Assembly: GCA_020184695.1 (NCBI GenBank)
Contig: JAANOX010000262.1
Span: 1 to 53,391 of the forward strand
Source of the DNA: Histomonas meleagridis 2922-C6/04-290x
Lineage: Eukaryota; Protista; Parabasalia
Length of the DNA: 53,391 nucleotides
Direction: 5' to 3'
Shown here: positions 21,567-32,226 of the stretch, one piece after another
Layout of the letters: each line of letters starts with the position of its first letter
Numbering within the stretch: position 1 is the stretch's first letter
Translations under genes and position numbers: made by a program
The notes under the pieces: generated by a model
What the model was told of the DNA's origin: nothing
Database searches by the model: none
What the model saw: the letters and a program-made list of their open reading frames with translations, nothing else

Positions 21567-24217
21567 TTATTTATTTTTAAGTAATTTAACAATTTTATCG
21601 TAGCCATTTACTTCTGCCAACATAAGTGCTGTATTAAATATTTCACATAATTTCCACGCTCTATTTTGAGATTTGAAATTAATAAAATATATCCAAAATT
21701 AATCAAATCAATATCTTTTATATCAATATTAATTCCTTTTTGTTCAAGAAGTAATTTAACTATTTTTATATGATTCCGGATAGATGCATGCATAAGTGCT
21801 GTATTAAATATTTTAAATAAATTCCAAATATTATTTTGAGAGTTTAAATTATTAAAATAAATTTCATATAAAACAAATAAGTATCTTTTGCATTAATATT
21901 AATTCCTTTTTGTTCGAGAAGTAATTTAACTATTTCTATATGATTATTTTCTGATGCACATATAAGCGCTGTCTTAAATTATTTGAAAAAATTCGAAATA
22001 ATAAGATTTTATTTCAAATAATTAATAGAAATTTTATAAAACAGTATATAAATATCTTTTTCATTAATTTTAATATCCTTTTGGTTAAGAAGCATCTTAA
22101 CAATTTCGATATTGCCATTTTCGGCTGCAAAAATTAAAGCTGTTCTAAATTTTATTCATAATTTCCAAATATTATTTTGAAATCCAAACTCATTCAAATA
22201 AATTGTAAATAAAATGAAATAACACCTTTATAATTAATATTAATTTCCTTTTGTTCAAGAAGTAATGCAACTATATCAGGAAACCCATATCTAGATGCTT
22301 CAATAATTGGTGTATCAAATGATTTATATAAATTCCAATTATTACTTTGAAACAGTGAAATATTGATTTAAACTCCAATCAAAATAAATACACATCTTTG
22401 GCATTGATATCAATTCCTTTTTGCTCAAGAAGTAATTTAACAGTTTCTAAATGACCATATTCAGATGCCCATAAAAGTGCAGTTTTAAATATTATAAATA
22501 ATTTTTAATATTTATTTTAAAATATAAAAACAAAATAACAAACTTTCATTAAAAAAAATAAATATCTTTAACATTAATATTAATTCCTTTTTGCTCAAGA
22601 AGCAATTTAACTATATCACTATATCCATGAAAAGATGCATGAATTAATGAAGTATAAAATAATTTAATTAATTCCCAAACAATTTATTCGAATTTCAATT
22701 TATTGATTTAAATATAAGAAAATATAAATGAACATCAGAAATGTTTACATCAATGCCTTTATATTCAATAAGTAATTTAGTAATTTCTATATTACCTTTT
22801 ATAGAAGCACAAATAAGTGCAGTTCTAAATAAAAAAAATATAAATTCCATATGTTATTACTAAAATTTAAAAAGATTATAAAAACTTTAAATATAATGAT
22901 TAAAGATCTTTTTCGTTAATCATAATATTTTTATTTTGAAGAATATATTTCATAATTTCAATGTTTTCAATTAAAGATATAGAAATTATTGGTGTTTCAA
23001 ATCATATAAAATAATTCCAAATTATATGTTAAAAAATAAGTATTTTTTGTGTTAACATCAATATTCTTTTGCTCGATAAAATATTTAACAAGTTCAACAT
23101 TTCTTGAAATTATGGAATAATATAAAATATCATTTGGAATATGATCATATCCATCAAGAAAATATTTAACGAGATATATATTACCAATTTTTGCTGCTTC
23201 ATGAATAAGAATTTCATTTGTTTTTAATCCTTCTTTTTCTAAAAATGATAAAAGGCTATAGTCAAAAAAGATAATACATTTCTTTCCTACAATTGTTGAA
23301 TCTTTAAATTGATAAATATTATTTTCATAAAGATATTTGAAAATATCATTTCGATGAAACTCAATTGCAATTTCATATGAATCATCAAACGATGAATGAT
23401 TTTGTTCACATAAATGAATAATTTCAAGATTTCCACCTGCAACTGCATATTTTCCTGTATTTTCTACATTTGCGCCATTCATAAGTAAATATTTAAAACA
23501 TTTAATAGAAGAAAAAAATGCTGCATAATCCATTAATGTAACATCATAATGATTAATAAAAGAACATCTTTCATAAAGTGATGTTTCAATTGTTTGATTA
23601 AAATCAAAATTTTCTTGTGTTGCTATTTCTTGAAGTTTTTCGATTTCATCATTTCGAATTATTTTTGTAATTTCATTTGGATTATGTCCTTCTTCAATTA
23701 ACTTTTTATGAAGTTCCCAATCATTTTTTGAAAGGTTTTCATAATTTTTAGAGAAATATTTATGGAATGGAAGTTTTTCATTTATACAATTAATAATTTC
23801 TTCATCTGTTTTATAATGTGCAAAGTATAAAGTATTTTGAGATTTTACAAAACTAGGATCAACCATTCCATTCTCTATCATTTTATTTATAAGATAATAA
23901 GATTCTTGTGGCTTATATGAAAAATTTAACATCGTAAGAATTTCTTTTGTTGTGTAATCCTTTTTGATTAGTGTATCTTTTTTGGTTTGAATCTGATTTA
24001 AAAATTGCAAAAGAACAGTGGCATCACTATTTTGGGATATAAAGGATGAAAATATTAATTGAGAAATTACATGTATAAAGGTATGAGGGAAATCTTGATC
24101 AAAAAAATCAATAATTTTTTCAACAGAATTTTCAAAATTTTCTTCGTTTAAATAATTTATTATATTTTCAAGTTCTATAAGATAATTTAAATAATTTTTT
24201 TGATCAATATTTTTCAT
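21567..24217 (-). CDS. DUF3447-type ankyrin-repeat protein whose nine C-terminal ankyrin segments are separated by non-canonical inserts
   Basis: 22997-24250 ORF has the trichomonad pre-ankyrin region (IRNDEIEKL...YAAFFSSIKCFKYL) and ankyrin repeats. Eight further open 93-nt ankyrin segments and a last one ending KIVKLLKNK-TAA (21567-21569) follow. Start moved to MKNIDQ (24217). Confidence 0.8.
21636..23041 (-). other. Nine intron-like inserts with non-GT-AG ends
   Basis: Measured from after the D/N/G codon to the last T of ATTT: 22999-23041 (43 nt), 22827-22905 (79), 22657-22733 (77), 22487-22563 (77), 22317-22393 (77), 22147-22223 (77), 21976-22053 (78), 21806-21882 (77), 21636-21712 (77). 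Exact excision points cannot be fixed from DNA alone. Confidence 0.8.
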
Positions 24218-24273
24218 AAAAAAAAAATTTGGTACGTTTACTTTTGTCACTTTTGGTTCAATAGACCGCCAAA

Positions 24274-25767
24274 ATGGATACAGAAGCAGACAATTTAAAT
24301 AAGTTCAAGAAAAGCCAACTGATAGAGATTATTGGGAATCTTAACAACGAAATATTTGATTTGAATGAAAAAATTATTCAATTGGAAGCTTCTTCAAATC
24401 ATTCTGTTGCAGATAGTCCATCTTCTTTTTTAGCAAATGAAGAAGCTGCCAATTTAAAAAGCAGTGAACATGAAATATCCGAGTATATCAGACAAATTAA
24501 TCAGCTTCAAGCAGACAATGATCAATTCAAAATACAAATTAACTTTTCTACCCAAAAAAATGAAGAACTACAAAGCGCCATCAAAAAACTAAATGATAAA
24601 ATTGATGCTTATGAGAAACAAATTAAGGAACTCAAAAATCTAAATGATGACCTTGAAAGTCAAATTCAAGCAAGCACAAGAACAGTCATAGATTCAGAGC
24701 AGCTTAGCTTAGAACAACTTATTTCTAAGCTTCAAAACTGTGAACTTGAATTATCTTTTTCAAAATCAGAAAATGAGAAATTAAAAGCAGAATTACAAAA
24801 TAGCCGCGAAAAGTACATTTCAGAAATAACACGTCTCAGTCAATCATTCAAAGAAATCCATTCTGATCAAACAATTATTGATCAAAACACAAAGGCAAGT
24901 GATGAACAAATCGCTTTTCTTCAATCTAAAGTTTACCAATTAGAAGAAAATTATCGAATTCTTTCAGAGAACTTCCAACAATCGACAAATGATAATGCAC
25001 AACTTTCTCGAAGTGTCCAACATTCACAAGAAGAATTACAATCATTAACAAAGGAACTTGAAAATTCCAATGGAGTTCTTCAACAACTTCGTTCCTTAAC
25101 AAATTGTATGAACAATGATGATTTATTTCATTATTTCAAAACGATTCAAAACATTAAACAAGAATCAGAGAGGCTTCGTCAAGAACTTTGTTCAGCACAG
25201 GTTGGCTTAACAAAAGAAGTTATGATAAACCAAAAACTTCGAAATCAAATTAAAAACTTTACAGCAGAGCCGATAAATATAAACTTCAGAAAACCAGAAA
25301 ATGAAAAACGAATTAATGAAATGGAAAGGAAATTATTCGAAATAAATGCAAAAATCGCAAGTTTACATGAACACTTTATATCACTTGAACAAAGTCCGAT
25401 TACTTCTGCTCTATCAGGTCTATTTTTGAACTTATCTGAAAATGATTATAATCAATATTTGATGAAAATCGATGAGATAATAGCCTCAGGAGATATCTCA
25501 GGAATGCAAGACATGCTTTCGAACAAGTTATTAGCGGCGACAGATCAATTAGAAAGAAATCAAAAAATGTTAAATTCGATATTCCAAAAAACAGAAGAAT
25601 TATCAAAACAAATTAGTCGATTACATAGGAAAGGCGTAAGGAAAACATATAATGGTACGCCGAGAAGTCCAACTGTACCTCTCTCAGTGAGATATGCATT
25701 CTCACCAAGACAATCGCCTTCATACTTAAGAGAGCCAAGTTTAACCAAATCATTTGGCTTAGATTAA
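24274..25767 (+). CDS. Coiled-coil protein, function unknown
   Basis: 497 aa intact ORF, heptad-rich, S/P-rich tail. Confidence 0.8.
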   Translation: MDTEADNLNKFKKSQLIEIIGNLNNEIFDLNEKIIQLEASSNHSVADSPSSFLANEEAANLKSSEHEISEYIRQINQLQADNDQFKIQINFSTQKNEELQSAIKKLNDKIDAYEKQIKELKNLNDDLESQIQASTRTVIDSEQLSLEQLISKLQNCELELSFSKSENEKLKAELQNSREKYISEITRLSQSFKEIHSDQTIIDQNTKASDEQIAFLQSKVYQLEENYRILSENFQQSTNDNAQLSRSVQHSQEELQSLTKELENSNGVLQQLRSLTNCMNNDDLFHYFKTIQNIKQESERLRQELCSAQVGLTKEVMINQKLRNQIKNFTAEPININFRKPENEKRINEMERKLFEINAKIASLHEHFISLEQSPITSALSGLFLNLSENDYNQYLMKIDEIIASGDISGMQDMLSNKLLAATDQLERNQKMLNSIFQKTEELSKQISRLHRKGVRKTYNGTPRSPTVPLSVRYAFSPRQSPSYLREPSLTKSFGLD

Positions 25768-25869
25768 CAAAATGAATAATTGCGAATATAATATTTAGTA
25801 TATGTTTGTAAAAAAAACTCATTCAAATATATATTTTTTCTCGATGTATTTGTTAGATCAGGATTAACA

Positions 25870-27258
25870 ATGATTAATTTTAAGAATATTGAAACAATAC
25901 ACCAATTGGTGAAAGTGCATTTTATAATTGTACATCATTAATAACATCTATATTTGGAGATAACCTCACAATGATTGGTGAAAGAGCATTTGAATCTTGT
26001 ATTAAAATGAAAACTATTTATATTCCAAATTTAATAACTATGATTGGAGAATATGCATTCTTAAATATGCCATTATTACAATCGATTATTGTTAATGAAA
26101 GTAATCGATATTATAGTAATCATGATAAAGATGGAGTTATTTATAATTGTAATCAAACAGAACTTATTTCATATCCATGATCAAAAACGGATGAATATTT
26201 TATATTAGATAGTATACATACTATTAAATTAGACGTATTTCAAGGGAATGATAAGATAACACAATTTTTAGGTGGTAAATCATTAAAAACCATTGAAGAA
26301 TATGCATTTAATGAAGATTTATTAATATTACAATTCCAGATTCAATCGAAAACATTAATTCACATGCATTTGAAAGATGCCAAAATATGGATACACTTTA
26401 TTTAGGATCCTAAATATCAAAAATATTAGTGATTATGCATTTTATATGTGTACATCACTCAAATGTTTATTTTACAATGGTGCGGAAGAACCAATGTTTA
26501 ATATTGAAGTTTTTACTGGTTCATCAACATCAACCGTTCAATGTTTAAATGATTATGAAAGTGATACATTTTATAATTTCAATGTTCATCAAGGGCCAAT
26601 TGCATCATGTCCAATATCAACAATAACATTTACACAATCATACACATATTCTAAGTCAAATTCATTTACACAATCAAATACATTTTCTAAGCCAAATACT
26701 ATTACAAGTCCACAATATGATGCAAAAAATATTTCATTAACATATTCTATAGTTTTAACTTATTATAAAATTACTGAAACTATACTATAAATAATTCTTT
26801 TATATCAAATACTTTAATATATTCTTTATATAATTCAACATTTATTATTTCATATACACAACATATATATTATGAATATAGTATTATTCAATATTATTCA
26901 TTATATAAATATTATACCAATTTTTATACATATTAATTCAAATGAACAAAATATAAATGGAAATAACGATAATATGATGATCATAATTATTTGTGTTGTA
27001 GTTATTGTATTAATTCTCTTTGTTGTAATTATTTTTATTATAATATATTATAAACGAAAATATCAAGAAAATAGTGATATTACGAATAGTTTTAATCAAG
27101 ACGAAATCGAAGATTTAAATAAATTTGAAACATGTAATAATATTTTACATATTGAAGAAGATCCATTTGCAAAAGATTTTCGAGAAGATAATCATATTAA
27201 TTATATATATAAAATATTTACTTATCATTTCAACACTAGCTTATTAAACCGTGCTTAA
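25870..27258 (+). pseudogene. BspA-like pseudogene
   Basis: TpLRR fragments in alternating frames (IGESAFYNC, IGERAFESC, ITIPDSIENINSHAFERC, ISDYAFYMC), in-frame TGA at 26178, stalk, TM, and HIEEDPFAKDF tail. Confidence 0.8.
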
Positions 27259-27483
27259 TAAAATAACTTCAAGTGAAGGAGTCCTTTGATCATATTTTGC
27301 GAAATGATATGAAAATGATCATTTTCACATTTCATTCATCGTTAAAATTCATACGTTTTTTATAAAAACTAAATATTAAATTGTATTTTATTTTGATATT
27401 AAATTGTTAACTACGCTTTGACTAAATGAGTAATTATAATTTGTTAATAGAAAAAAGAATAACAAATAAACAAATTTAATTGG

Positions 27484-27828
27484 TTAGGAAGCAACTATAA
27501 GGCTGCCATCAATGAAAGGATTCCCTCTATCTCTGTTGTCTTTTGCTTCGCAATGTTGTAAAAAGTCTTGAAAATCTTGTATAAAATTGAAAACCTTTGA
27601 GAACTTATCACTATTAATATCATCTAAATCATCGTCACATCTGCTAAAGCTATAGTTTATTTTTGGTTTTTCAGAATCTTTTTTTATTGGAATTTGTTTT
27701 TTACTTTTGTTAATATCCCCATCGAAAAGCATCCAAATATCTTTCCTTAGTATCCCTCTTATTTGCATCTCGAATAAGAACTGTTCCTTTGATAATTCTG
27801 GATTAACATTCATAACTTTCTTTATCAA
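27484..27828 (-). CDS. Hypothetical protein fragment
   Basis: 114 aa ORF with protein-like composition, no recognised family, in-frame TAA just upstream; may be a remnant. Confidence 0.3.
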   Translation of the reverse strand: MIKKVMNVNPELSKEQFLFEMQIRGILRKDIWMLFDGDINKSKKQIPIKKDSEKPKINYSFSRCDDDLDDINSDKFSKVFNFIQDFQDFLQHCEAKDNRDRGNPFIDGSLIVAS

Positions 27829-28215
27829 TAACCGTTTGTAAATTTAAACGGCCTCACGTTTCACAAACGGTTTTACGTTTAATATTTGAATGCATTGGGA
27901 AAAGTGCCACACAACGACATTGAAAAGATTTGAAGATAATCACAAGCATTACGAAGTCTGTAGCACAGATATATGCGTCGAAATGTGACGTTGTGACAGT
28001 TCTAAAGCAACCAACTTGTGTTATCAATTTCAGTACTGTTAAACCTCAGTTTACGCCGTTTCGAATCAGCATATAATCAGCTGAAGTTACAGAAGCACGA
28101 AAACCAAAAGAAGACAAATTTGTTGACAGAATATGTTGTATAAAGACAAATTTATAGTTTATGAAAGATGTTTATTTATTTAAGTATATTCGCAAATAAA
28201 CCTAAAACAAAAGAT

Positions 28216-31200
28216 TTATAACAGATTTTCTTGCATTTGAGTGTTTTCTTCTTCTATATTATTTTCCAACGCCTCTTCCAAATTCACGTTATTAATATTT
28301 TCTGATCCAGCGGAATTTTCCTCTATATTTAACTCGTCATTCATTTTACTTTCCATTTTCTTCTTTAAAATATCTTCTTCATCTTCATCATTATTTACTA
28401 CGTTATCATTTTCCAAATATTTTCTTGCAAGGATATTAATGACAACAGTTGCGACGTTATGTAAAATAGCAGCAACGAATAATATATAACAACCATCCAA
28501 TAGTACTGTAATTACAGAGAAACAATTTTCATGACCTTTAATGTATTCTTCTTCAGAAAAGAATTGTTGTACAATCGGGTCAATCATTTCGCATTTATCT
28601 CCAACCATAAAACCAGCGAATTGACTAATTTCCAAAATAGCAGCGATAACACTAATCACAAACACATCCAAACAACTCCACGCGTACATAACTTCGCAAG
28701 CCTTATAAAGAGTTCTTTGGAATTTACGTTTTAATGGTAATAACCATAACAATAACAAACAAATAACATGAATGATTGGCATTACAATAGTTACAATGAA
28801 ACATAATATTTGTGTAAAGCGGACGCCAAATGAATTTGGATCTTCTGCACAATCTGGAATTTGTACTGATAAATCAATTACTGAATATTCATTATAATTA
28901 GGTATTGGTATTAATGTAAATGCCCAACCTAATAAACCTACAAAATTAAATGAAAATGACATCAATATAACACCAACTATAACAAACGCTAAAACTATTA
29001 CTAACATTACCGTAACAACAATTTGTGTAATTCGATTATCAGTGGACTTAAATAATGGTATCTTCTTTTCATCTTCTTCTTTTTCTTCCATAGATTTATC
29101 AACATAACGAACTAACGCTAACATTATATGTGATAATGCTAATGAAACAACAGTACCAATCATTAATGTAACAAATCCATACGCTGGATATACCCATAAG
29201 TTAACGACCATTGCACCATCGAGTTCCGCATTTTCATCTGCTTTAGGTATTTCTAATGAGAAATGGAATGCAACTAACATTAAGATCATAACATATGAGT
29301 CCAATAATGACCATTTACCTAATGCATCGAGTACTTTCAATGCACTTTCTCTACGTCTTTTACTCATTATCTTCGTAGGTAATACCCAGATTAATAACAT
29401 TAATACTAATTTGGTATATGGCCATGCACATGACATAATAGCAATTAAAACGCCTAATGCATATGCTCCTGCATCCCACATTTCAATGATAGAGTTAATT
29501 AAACCAAAATCAAACATTGACGGTAATGATACTATTTTCTCACCAACTGTCATCTTGATTAAGACTGATGCACCAATACCTGTGTTAGATGATATGAATA
29601 ACGCTACATTCATTAACACTAAAAATGGCATTAAAAATCGTACGACAAGTGGAAGTTTTGGAGTTAATAATAAACTTGTGGGCTCATTAATGCCGGCATT
29701 ACCTTCTAATGAACGGATATTTGTAATGACCGTATCAATAGCTTTGATTGCTGCGTTTTTATCTTTGTTACTTTCTTTAACTTTAACATTGTTCGATTCT
29801 AATGGAGCATTTTCATCATTACTTGGTGAGGAATGTTGACTATCCGATTCTTCATTACTTGGTGATGAATGGACATCAGAACTTAATGATAATTCTTTCT
29901 TAGAATTCGGTCCACATTTTTCTAAGACAACAATTACTACAAATACTATGACTATGATAGCTAAGCCAACGCCTATAGCTGTCATTGTAGTCCATAAAAC
30001 AAATTCTTCATATGGAGGATCAGTTAAATTTGCATCACATGAAGAACCATTTAAGAAATTATTTAATTCTGTGTTAACGAAATTTAATGCATATGTATTA
30101 ATTAATGAATTAAGTAATGGTGGAATTGCCGATCGATAATTCTCAATGAATAATGTTATAATATTATTAATCGTTGTTCGAATATCTAATTCTAAGTCTC
30201 CTTTAGATGCTTCTAAATTAATATTTGAAATACTAGTTTGGAAACTTAAGTATTTGGCACCTGTTCCAGAGTCTACAAGTGTCTTTAAACAATCAATGTT
30301 TATACTTTGTGTATTAGTAAAGTTAACACCAGCGCCTTCTGGCGATGCAATTTGTAATTGTATTTCCATATGGTTCTCCGTTAATAATAATTTGAGATCA
30401 GCAACTTCACTTAATGAAACACCTTGCGTGTCAATTATAGTACTATTTTCGAAAGTTACATTAATGGTAAAGCTTAAATTTAAACCTAATGAGTCCATAC
30501 CAGTATATGAGTCAAAGACATATTCATTCAATGGTTCGAAAAATGTAAATGCATTCCACGTGTTCATGCCTGAAAATCCAAGTTCGTCAATAGATAGACC
30601 AAGAACAGCACCTAAGTCAGCGATGGGAATGGAAAAGGCAAACGGCATTTCGACACCGAAAAAGCCAATAAGATCAGAGAGGTTGAATGCACCGGTCTCA
30701 TTCGTAAAACGATTGACAAGACTGTTAAGGTTAAGTGGACCTTGTGTACCAATCAACTTGGTTAAAAGAAAACGTACAGCATTAATTAATGGTGAGCGAC
30801 GAAGATCATACATCCCATCTCCGATTGGTATTTCTATTGGCTTGGTGCCTTCGGTAATTGCTGGCCTGATGATTTGATTTATGGTATCAAACAACTTTGT
30901 CATTTCGGTTCCAATGAGCTCCGGGACATTATCACAAATTAAGTCGCTGATTTGGCCCTTAAATGCATCGATAAGTTTACTAGCAAGACTACCTACATCA
31001 AATGAGAAACCGAGATCAATGGTAAGTTGAACATTACTAAAATCTAAATTAACAACGCAAGTATCAGGAATTTCAGCAACTGTTTTGATAAGCCCATTTT
31101 CATCTTTTTCGAATTGTAATCCGATTTGAATTTGTGATGCAGTTACATCAGCTGCAAAACTTCCAGATACGTCAATTGTATGAGTTGGTGCTGTCTGCAC

Positions 31201-31494
31201 AAGATTTACCGTTGCACTAGCGTACGCTGAAAGTGATAATGTAAGTAATATGCCTGTTTCAATCTTGTTTGGATCTGGATAAAATTCCGCAGAAATGGTT
31301 TGAAGGTTAATATTATTTATGATCAAGTTACGGACAAAGACATCAAATTCTAGATTAACGAATAAAATTTGTGTTGCAAAAGTTGTATAAATTTCATCAA
31401 TAGTAATGTTTAACTTATTAATCCAGCATCTTACATCACATTGTTCTTCTAGAATGCGAGCAGATGTTACCAATGCAAGCAAGATGGGAAACAT
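28216..31494 (-). CDS. Multi-pass membrane protein with two PqiA-like domains and a large N-terminal ectodomain
   Basis: Signal peptide; ~490 aa beta-rich ectodomain; TM; acidic loop; PqiA-type motifs WPYTKL...LGKWSLLDSYV and MPIIHV...YAWSCLDVFVISV. Confidence 0.75.
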   Translation of the reverse strand: MFPILLALVTSARILEEQCDVRCWINKLNITIDEIYTTFATQILFVNLEFDVFVRNLIINNINLQTISAEFYPDPNKIETGILLTLSLSAYASATVNLVQTAPTHTIDVSGSFAADVTASQIQIGLQFEKDENGLIKTVAEIPDTCVVNLDFSNVQLTIDLGFSFDVGSLASKLIDAFKGQISDLICDNVPELIGTEMTKLFDTINQIIRPAITEGTKPIEIPIGDGMYDLRRSPLINAVRFLLTKLIGTQGPLNLNSLVNRFTNETGAFNLSDLIGFFGVEMPFAFSIPIADLGAVLGLSIDELGFSGMNTWNAFTFFEPLNEYVFDSYTGMDSLGLNLSFTINVTFENSTIIDTQGVSLSEVADLKLLLTENHMEIQLQIASPEGAGVNFTNTQSINIDCLKTLVDSGTGAKYLSFQTSISNINLEASKGDLELDIRTTINNIITLFIENYRSAIPPLLNSLINTYALNFVNTELNNFLNGSSCDANLTDPPYEEFVLWTTMTAIGVGLAIIVIVFVVIVVLEKCGPNSKKELSLSSDVHSSPSNEESDSQHSSPSNDENAPLESNNVKVKESNKDKNAAIKAIDTVITNIRSLEGNAGINEPTSLLLTPKLPLVVRFLMPFLVLMNVALFISSNTGIGASVLIKMTVGEKIVSLPSMFDFGLINSIIEMWDAGAYALGVLIAIMSCAWPYTKLVLMLLIWVLPTKIMSKRRRESALKVLDALGKWSLLDSYVMILMLVAFHFSLEIPKADENAELDGAMVVNLWVYPAYGFVTLMIGTVVSLALSHIMLALVRYVDKSMEEKEEDEKKIPLFKSTDNRITQIVVTVMLVIVLAFVIVGVILMSFSFNFVGLLGWAFTLIPIPNYNEYSVIDLSVQIPDCAEDPNSFGVRFTQILCFIVTIVMPIIHVICLLLLWLLPLKRKFQRTLYKACEVMYAWSCLDVFVISVIAAILEISQFAGFMVGDKCEMIDPIVQQFFSEEEYIKGHENCFSVITVLLDGCYILFVAAILHNVATVVINILARKYLENDNVVNNDEDEEDILKKKMESKMNDELNIEENSAGSENINNVNLEEALENNIEEENTQMQENLL

Positions 31495-32226
31495 CTTTAA
31501 AAGTGTTTAGATCTATCAAAGTAACGGCCAACCTCCTATTGAATTTCAACGGTAATTTTGTAAACATATGAAAAATCACATCCCTTCCACTCAAATAATT
31601 AATTTGAATAGATGATTTTTATTCGCGTCATCAGTCACAATTCTACACCACTATCAAAAGGATAAAAAACACCCAAATAACGTATGAAAATTGAAAGGGA
31701 TAGAAGTTTTAATTCAATACCAGTTTTGAAGAGATGTTATGACGAAAACGGATGCAATCATTGGCAAAAAAAGTATCGTTTTAGAACTTATTTAAATGTC
31801 TCATTAATTTCATGAAAAAGCTACAACATATTGCCAAAATTAAATCTACTTTAATATTCACCAACACCAAAAATTACTTCATTTCAATAAATAAGGTCAA
31901 ATTATAATTCTCTAATAATATCAAATGCTTTTACAGAAAGGTGAACGTGGTAGTTTATGTTTTGCTCGATGATGAATCTATCTATCTATTTTTCTAAATT
32001 AATCATAAGACTTATATTTTTATGAAAGAATTGTTAATCCTTGATGCTGATATGTAGTTGATTGAAAATTATTATTATCTTATGAAATAAAAAATATTTA
32101 AAATTAAATTAAATTGCACAATTTAGTATATCATACGAATTCAATCATACTAATTGTAAGTTTTTTTCGAAATGATTTTTTATTCATGAATAAATACAAA
32201 CGTATATATACAAATTTATTTGTATG

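Noticed and set aside
21567-23041. CRISPR-like reading of the 170-bp periodic array (also the 94-bp array)
   Set aside because: Eukaryotic context, no cas genes, the conserved part is protein-coding and divergent, and sizes do not fit repeat-spacer arrays.
21567-23041. Reassigned stop codons as the explanation for the ankyrin inserts and pseudogene stops
   Set aside because: Most insert lengths are not multiples of three, so readthrough cannot restore the frame; long intact genes have no internal stops and end in TAA, TAG or TGA.
21636-23041. U12-type AT-AC or ordinary GT-AG splicing of the inserts
   Set aside because: The AT..AC and GT..AG placements I tried either shift the frame or delete the conserved Thr; no ATATCCTT donor; AG near the 3' end occurs in only three of nine.
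28241-30877. Plus-strand ORFs opposite the PqiA-like gene and the many other short overlapping track ORFs
   Set aside because: Antisense or off-frame shadows of longer genes, with no motifs.
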